A stretch of DNA of 64,000 nt from Candidatus Altimarinota bacterium. GTDB taxonomy: Bacteria; Patescibacteriota; Gracilibacteria; UBA1369. Position numbers and translations under genes: made by a program. Positions within the stretch are counted from its first letter, which is position 1. Every line of letters begins with the position of its first letter. The notes under the pieces are model-generated. The model had not been told where the DNA came from and did not search any database. It saw nothing but the letters and a program-made list of their open reading frames with translations. The DNA lies in the NCBI GenBank assembly GCA_963677745.1, contig OY782391.1, positions 1,184,001 to 1,248,000 of the forward strand. The letters are read 5' to 3'. Of the stretch, positions 58,926-64,000 are shown piece by piece.

Positions 58926-59414
58926 ATGGCCAGAAACGGAAAATTAGTAATTGGTGCCATTTTAGGCGCTCTCTTCGGTTTGGCATTCGCTCCCAAAAAA
59001 GGCAGCGAACTCCGCAAAGACATCAAATCGGAACTGGACAAAGGCGGACACGGTGAAAAAACCGCCAAAAAGGTAGCATCTGCCATCAGTCAGGACGTTG
59101 CCGATACGGCCAAGGAAGTCTATGCGGACCCGGCAGTTCAGAAACAGCTGGAGAAAGGCAAGAAGGAAGCCCGCAAACTGGTCGGTCAGGCCAGGGAGAA
59201 AATCCAGGTATCAAGCGAGGAATGGGTGAAGATGGCCCGGGAAAAGATTATTGAAGGTGAGAAAAAACTGGAAACCGAAGGTGCTAAAGCATTTGATACA
59301 TTAAAGAAGAAAGTGATGCCCGTTCCCGCCCAAAAAGCCGCGCCGGCCGCCTCCGCCGCCCCGGTCAAAAAGGCCGCTCACGTTGCCGCCAAAACTAAAA
59401 AGAAGCGCAAATAA
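58926..59414 (+). CDS. YtxH domain protein
   Basis: GAILGALFGLAFAPKKGSELR. Confidence 0.88.
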   Translation: MARNGKLVIGAILGALFGLAFAPKKGSELRKDIKSELDKGGHGEKTAKKVASAISQDVADTAKEVYADPAVQKQLEKGKKEARKLVGQAREKIQVSSEEWVKMAREKIIEGEKKLETEGAKAFDTLKKKVMPVPAQKAAPAASAAPVKKAAHVAAKTKKKRK

Positions 59415-59421
59415 ATTACCT

Positions 59422-60021
59422 CTAGAACCCCCGGACAGCCCGGAGTAATAGTACAATCGCGGCCTGGACGTGCTGTGGAGAATGAGACGCCTGTTGTTCG
59501 ATCTTTCCGGCCAGGTCTTTCGATGCCTCCACCAGATGGGGATTGCCTCCTTTAATCAGAGGTATTTTGGCCGGCAGCAGATAAGGCAGAAGCTGTTGAT
59601 TCTCCGCCAATTCAACCAAGGTCATCCTAAACAGCTGTCTGAAAGTCTGAATTACTTCTTCCTGGGTCTTTTTCAGGTAAAAATCCCGGGGGAAAAACTT
59701 TTCCAGCTCAAAGCAGACTTTATAGCAAAAATTCAAAACCCTCATCACGCCGATCACTCTCGGATCATGTACATAGCTGGTGAAATCAAATTTATCATCA
59801 AAAAACGCCCGGTAATCATTCATTCTGGCCTCATCTATGTTCTGATCTTGTGAGGTCAGGCCGGCCTCCCTGCGGCTTCTTCTGCAGATGTCCCTGAGCA
59901 GGGTTTCCACCTGGGAAGTTATTCCCTGATGCAAATCAATTTCTTCTATAGGCTGTCTTTTGCCTACGGATTCTGTTGAATAACCAGTACTGTCTTCCGG
60001 AAAACGTCTTCCCTGTACCAT
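59422..60021 (-). CDS. Hypothetical protein
   Basis: 199-aa ORF filling the gap; TATAAT-like element upstream. Confidence 0.6.
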   Translation of the reverse strand: MVQGRRFPEDSTGYSTESVGKRQPIEEIDLHQGITSQVETLLRDICRRSRREAGLTSQDQNIDEARMNDYRAFFDDKFDFTSYVHDPRVIGVMRVLNFCYKVCFELEKFFPRDFYLKKTQEEVIQTFRQLFRMTLVELAENQQLLPYLLPAKIPLIKGGNPHLVEASKDLAGKIEQQASHSPQHVQAAIVLLLRAVRGF

Positions 60022-60102
60022 AAACCTGATAGGCTATAGCAAAATAGGAGGTTATTATAGCGGAAAATAACTTTATGTAAAGGTCAACCCGCTATTTTAC
60101 GT

Positions 60103-61260
60103 TCAGGGCACCTGATAAACGAAAAACGACTCCACGGAAACGTTGTCATTATCCGAGTTTCTAAAATCTTCTTTTATCTTGTCATTGATTTTGTCAAAGA
60201 ACAATTGAGGAGAAAGATGTTTGGACTCGGTGGGTTGGCCGTTTGAATCTGCACTGGTTGAGCGGGCGGTTTTTAAGGATTCTCTGATCAGATCCTGAAG
60301 TTGTAGAGCTCCTTCAGCTTCAACAAAATCATCCGGTAAACCTTCGGCCGAATTTCTGGTCATTTTTTGTACCAGAGAGCGTAACAGGTTGTTGCTGACA
60401 GCTAAAATTATATCCCCCTGTTCCAGAGAGAAAGTCTCGCGTAGAGTTAAGCTCTCTGAAGAGGTTCCGCTAATTTTGTTGATATTTTTCCCTCTGATTA
60501 TGAAGCAGATGGACCGGCTTCCCGGAGTTTGCATAAGCTCCAGAGAATATGCTTCCAGCTTAATGTCCAGATTGAGCTGGCCGGCTTCTTTATCCGGTAA
60601 ATTCATTTTGCTTAAGCCACCGTTTTTTCTTGCCCGTGAAAGAAGCTGTGGCAGCTGTTTTTTCTGCTCCGGGGATACTATTTGAAAATCGAGCATATTC
60701 ACATCCAGGCTATTTTTGCCGTATCTGACCGCAGCAACCCCTATTCTGGCGGTCTGATCATCGGCAATTTCCAATCCCGAGGTGTTACTGAACATTCCGA
60801 TCGCCACAGGTTTTCCTTTTACAATACCAGCTCCCAGATGGGCACCTGCTTCAATGCGGTTGGGAATAGGGTATTGGTAATCAATTGAAAGCATACTGGC
60901 CCTATTGGCTTTTAATTTAATTGTGTCTGCTATTTCTGAGGCTTTCTCTTCGTCTTTCGCTTTTTCTTGTTCCCTTTTCTCAGCGGCTAAGGGGTCATAG
61001 TATGCATAAGCTTTAGGTTTAGAAGCTTTTGGAGTGTTTTCAAAAAAATCCTTGTCATAAGGAATAGTCCGCTCATTTGAACTAACCGGATTTAAAAAAC
61101 TTTCACTGTAGGAAGGGACTGTTTGGTCAGTTTTTTGTTCCAGAATATGTTCCGGTCCCGGTTTATGCAGGTCCCGCAGACGTTCATCGTTTTCCTGAGG
61201 CTGTGGGAGCTGTGGCGAGGATCCTCCTGTATGTTTTGATGGACTCATATATTCAGTCAT
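60103..61260 (-). CDS. Hypothetical protein, degenerate PP2C-like fold
   Basis: C-terminal LEQGDIILAVSNNL...DNVSV resembles the PP2C motifs GDxLLLxSDGL...DNxT. Confidence 0.55.
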   Translation of the reverse strand: MTEYMSPSKHTGGSSPQLPQPQENDERLRDLHKPGPEHILEQKTDQTVPSYSESFLNPVSSNERTIPYDKDFFENTPKASKPKAYAYYDPLAAEKREQEKAKDEEKASEIADTIKLKANRASMLSIDYQYPIPNRIEAGAHLGAGIVKGKPVAIGMFSNTSGLEIADDQTARIGVAAVRYGKNSLDVNMLDFQIVSPEQKKQLPQLLSRARKNGGLSKMNLPDKEAGQLNLDIKLEAYSLELMQTPGSRSICFIIRGKNINKISGTSSESLTLRETFSLEQGDIILAVSNNLLRSLVQKMTRNSAEGLPDDFVEAEGALQLQDLIRESLKTARSTSADSNGQPTESKHLSPQLFFDKINDKIKEDFRNSDNDNVSVESFFVYQVP

Positions 61261-61341
61261 ACTAAATAATCCTATAATTATAGCATATATAGAAAATAAT
61301 GCAATTATGGCGTTTATCTTACAAGTTCGATTTGCTGAAAA

Positions 61342-61884
61342 CTATTTTCCGAGAGTATCGATCACCATTTTCTTGTACTGGACCGGGAGTTCCAGCAGTT
61401 TATTCTCCGTGTTATTCTCCTCTACTGTTTCACCTTGTTGCATCGAAACCGTTATTTCCTGAATACAGCGGTTCAACTCTTCCAAACAAACGGCAGGTGG
61501 CTTTTTTGCCCCGCTGTCATTGCTGGCTGATTTCAGACCAATCATAGAGCTGACTCGGGAGCTGTAATTCAAAAAAACCAGCATCATCAGAATATTGGCT
61601 TGTTTGATTCGTAAATCCAGCCTGGAGTCGGCGGGAGGAAAATCAAAATAACGGGCCATTTTAATGAAAAAGCGCTCTGCAAAATGCCAATAATCAAGCT
61701 TTGTCCCGTCATCATCCACTACCTTCCGGCACATCTTTAACAATTTCAACCAATCTTCTTCAGAATACACTCCCCCGACCATCTCCAAAACAGCCAGCAC
61801 TTCCTTTTTTAGAGGATTTTCGGTTTCCTGCTCCGATACCAGTCTCAGATTGCCAAGTTTGGCCATAAACCTTGTTAAGGCCAT
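61342..61884 (-). CDS. Hypothetical protein
   Basis: 180-aa ORF downstream of folD. Confidence 0.6.
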   Translation of the reverse strand: MALTRFMAKLGNLRLVSEQETENPLKKEVLAVLEMVGGVYSEEDWLKLLKMCRKVVDDDGTKLDYWHFAERFFIKMARYFDFPPADSRLDLRIKQANILMMLVFLNYSSRVSSMIGLKSASNDSGAKKPPAVCLEELNRCIQEITVSMQQGETVEENNTENKLLELPVQYKKMVIDTLGK

Positions 61885-61957
61885 AATAATAAACTAAAAT
61901 AGCCAAAAGTCAAAAACTGGCGTGAAACACTAAAAACCATCAGTTAAATCAACTTAT

Positions 61958-62830
61958 TTAGATTTGGCGCGTATTTATGGCCGCTTTCAGCAGATTTAAC
62001 ATCAGGCAGGCCACTGTGAGCTTCCCCACGCCCCCTGGAACGGGCGAAATCAATCTGGCCCTGTCCTTTACCTGCTCGAAGTCCACATCCCCGCTGGTCT
62101 TATCCAGACCGTCTTTGGAAATGCCTACGTCTACCACTACCGCGCCTTCCTTGATCATATCCGCAGTAATCATCCTGGGCGAACCCACGGCTACCACCAA
62201 TATGTCGGCCTGTCTGCTGATTTCAGCCAGATCAGGAGTTTTGCTGTTGCAAATGGTGACAGTGGCCTTACGGTTGGAAAGCATGATGGCAATCGCTTTT
62301 CCGGCAATAATTCCGGAACCGATTACAACGACTCTTTGGCCCGTAATCGGCACGTTATAGTATTCCAGCATGGTAATAACCCCTCTGCCGGTGGGCGGGG
62401 CGTAATATTCAAAATCCATGCCCAAGGTTGTTTCTCCGTAGTTGAAGGGATTAAGTCCGTCCACGTCCTTGGCGGGGTCGATCGCCTTTATGACAGCCGA
62501 CTTTTCAATCTGCGGTGGCAGTGGCATCTGGACGATAATACCGTCCACGTTCTGATTAGTATTATGTTTTCTGACAATTTCAATCACATCCTTCGTGCTG
62601 TATTTTTCTCCTTCCTGATGATGATCCAGTTCAAAATCAAAGCCCAGGTTCTCACAGGCTTTCATCTTCATTCTCACGTAAATGGCACTGGACTCATTAT
62701 TACCTATCATCACCACGACCAGTTTGGGCTTTCTTTTGAGCTGGCCGGATTGCCGGGCTTCGCTGAAATCAGCCCGGATGCGGGCATAGATATGTTCGGC
62801 CACGACTTTTCCGTCCATCAGTTGTTCCAT
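61958..62830 (-). CDS. folD: Bifunctional methylenetetrahydrofolate dehydrogenase/cyclohydrolase
   Basis: YVRMK, GIIVQMPLP, KDVDG, VDVGI, PVPGGVG. Confidence 0.96.
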   Translation of the reverse strand: MEQLMDGKVVAEHIYARIRADFSEARQSGQLKRKPKLVVVMIGNNESSAIYVRMKMKACENLGFDFELDHHQEGEKYSTKDVIEIVRKHNTNQNVDGIIVQMPLPPQIEKSAVIKAIDPAKDVDGLNPFNYGETTLGMDFEYYAPPTGRGVITMLEYYNVPITGQRVVVIGSGIIAGKAIAIMLSNRKATVTICNSKTPDLAEISRQADILVVAVGSPRMITADMIKEGAVVVDVGISKDGLDKTSGDVDFEQVKDRARLISPVPGGVGKLTVACLMLNLLKAAINTRQI

Positions 62831-63429
62831 CAGCTTTTTTTCAGAAAATTATGTACGGTATTCCAGATATCATCGGCGGTTTCACCGATGGAAGGCTTGA
62901 TATTGACCCTGGTCCAATTGAATTTGACCGCCAGGTTGTCATATATAAACTGACAGGCTTCCACCAGCTCGTCGTTGCTTTCATGCAGATGGTTGTATTC
63001 CTTGGCCTGCAGATTCCTTTTGCCTTTCAGATAAACGGCCAGATCCTCTTTGAGCAGATATTTGTTCATTTCCATCAGCCATTCCAGGCTGGCTCCTTTG
63101 GCGCTGCCCCAGGCCAAACCTGTGGCTACATAGTCCTCGGCGATCACCACTTTTCCTTCGGCCAGCATCTGTTTCAGTTCCGGTTCGAATTGATAGCGGT
63201 TGATGGTGTACCACATTTGCAATTCGTCCTCGGTGATATTCTGTTTATTGGAGGAGTTGCGCAGAACATTGTTGATGTAAGTGCCGGACGGTTCGATGCT
63301 GTAGACCGGATACTTCAGATAGACAGCATCATAACCATGCTTTTTGAGATTATCGATCAAAATTTTGCATTGGGTGGACTTGCCGATATTGTTGATACCG
63401 TAGACTGTTATAAGTTTTCCTCTCTTCAT
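62830..63429 (-). CDS. tmk: Thymidylate kinase
   Basis: GINNIGKSTQ P-loop, KYP, NRY, VVIAEDY; lies between dut and folD. Confidence 0.85.
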   Translation of the reverse strand: MKRGKLITVYGINNIGKSTQCKILIDNLKKHGYDAVYLKYPVYSIEPSGTYINNVLRNSSNKQNITEDELQMWYTINRYQFEPELKQMLAEGKVVIAEDYVATGLAWGSAKGASLEWLMEMNKYLLKEDLAVYLKGKRNLQAKEYNHLHESNDELVEACQFIYDNLAVKFNWTRVNIKPSIGETADDIWNTVHNFLKKS

Positions 63430-63444
63430 GTGAATTGTTTTAAA

Positions 63445-63876
63445 TTATCCGGTGGATCCGAAACCTCCCCGGGTCGGGGCGTCAATATTGTCCACTTCTT
63501 CGAAGCCAAAGCGGTCAATACGTACAAACACCCCCTGTGCGATTCTTTCACCGCGGGGGATTATAATTGATTTATCCGTAAAATTGTAGACCTGTACTTT
63601 CAATTCGTCCTCCGGTCCGTGATAATCGTGATCAATAATGCCGAATCCGTGCGGAGTGGAAAGTCCTTTTTTGATGGGCGTACTGCTTCTGGAGGCCAGG
63701 CAGAGCATGTGGCCTTCGGGCACTTTTACAATCAGATTGCTGGGTACCAAAACCACTTTTCCCGGTTCCACAGTTGTCTCCAGTCTGGAAAGCAGATCAA
63801 AAGCCACCGCTCCCGCCGTTTCGTATTTAGGCAGAGGCAAGTCCTTGTCTATCCTTCTGATCAGAACATTTTCCAT
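63445..63876 (-). CDS. dut: dUTP diphosphatase
   Basis: GAVAFDL, SRSS, GIIDHDYHG, GERIAQ, RGGFGSTG. Confidence 0.96.
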   Translation of the reverse strand: MENVLIRRIDKDLPLPKYETAGAVAFDLLSRLETTVEPGKVVLVPSNLIVKVPEGHMLCLASRSSTPIKKGLSTPHGFGIIDHDYHGPEDELKVQVYNFTDKSIIIPRGERIAQGVFVRIDRFGFEEVDNIDAPTRGGFGSTG

Positions 63877-64000
63877 TTTGTTTCTTTAGAATATCTGCAC
63901 CAATTTAGTACCGGCAGGATTAATTTCCAAGTTTCCGGGCTTATTTTGATTTGCCATTTGAACCGAAGCTTGGTTACCATATAAAAAAGTAATCTATCCA

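Noticed and set aside
1-64000. CRISPR array, integrase, transposase or prophage genes; alternative genetic code 25
   Set aside because: I saw no repeat-spacer array or recognisable recombinase or phage genes. Conserved genes are intact in code 11, and several (e.g. the MacB permease operon adaptor, sufC) end at TGA.
63880-64000. Possible partial CDS upstream of dut
   Set aside because: Too short, and the frame is ambiguous at the window edge.

Overview
Bacterial chromosomal window in the standard genetic code: TGA is used as a stop and a tRNA-Trp(CCA) is present. Gene content (several SLH surface proteins, scattered single tRNAs, many orphan proteins, TrmB, H+-PPase, cytochrome b5/ferric reductase pair) suggests a Patescibacteria/CPR organism, possibly Peregrinibacteria-like; this assignment is inference only. 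Housekeeping genes include an interrupted Suf Fe-S cluster (sufCBD ... sufSUT), topA, pepF, hppA, rpsT, folD, tmk, dut and several ABC/MFS transporters. There are seven tRNA genes, all on the minus strand. The most notable element is a CAU-anticodon tRNA (Ile2-like, 42682-43363) split at 33/34 by a 606-nt Azoarcus-type group I intron. The intron's P1 loop carries a zinc-finger HNH endonuclease gene on the opposite strand, with its own extended -10 promoter and a start codon sitting in a copy of the 3' exon. Other highlights are a MacAB-type efflux cassette bracketed by two identical tRNA-Pro(GGG) genes, a highly structured ~270-nt leader before a large Ig-repeat/SLH surface protein, a beta-barrel-like protein, and several apparently catalytically degenerate enzymes (MEMO-like, PP2C-like, P-loop-like). 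All calls come from reading the sequence; no searches were run.
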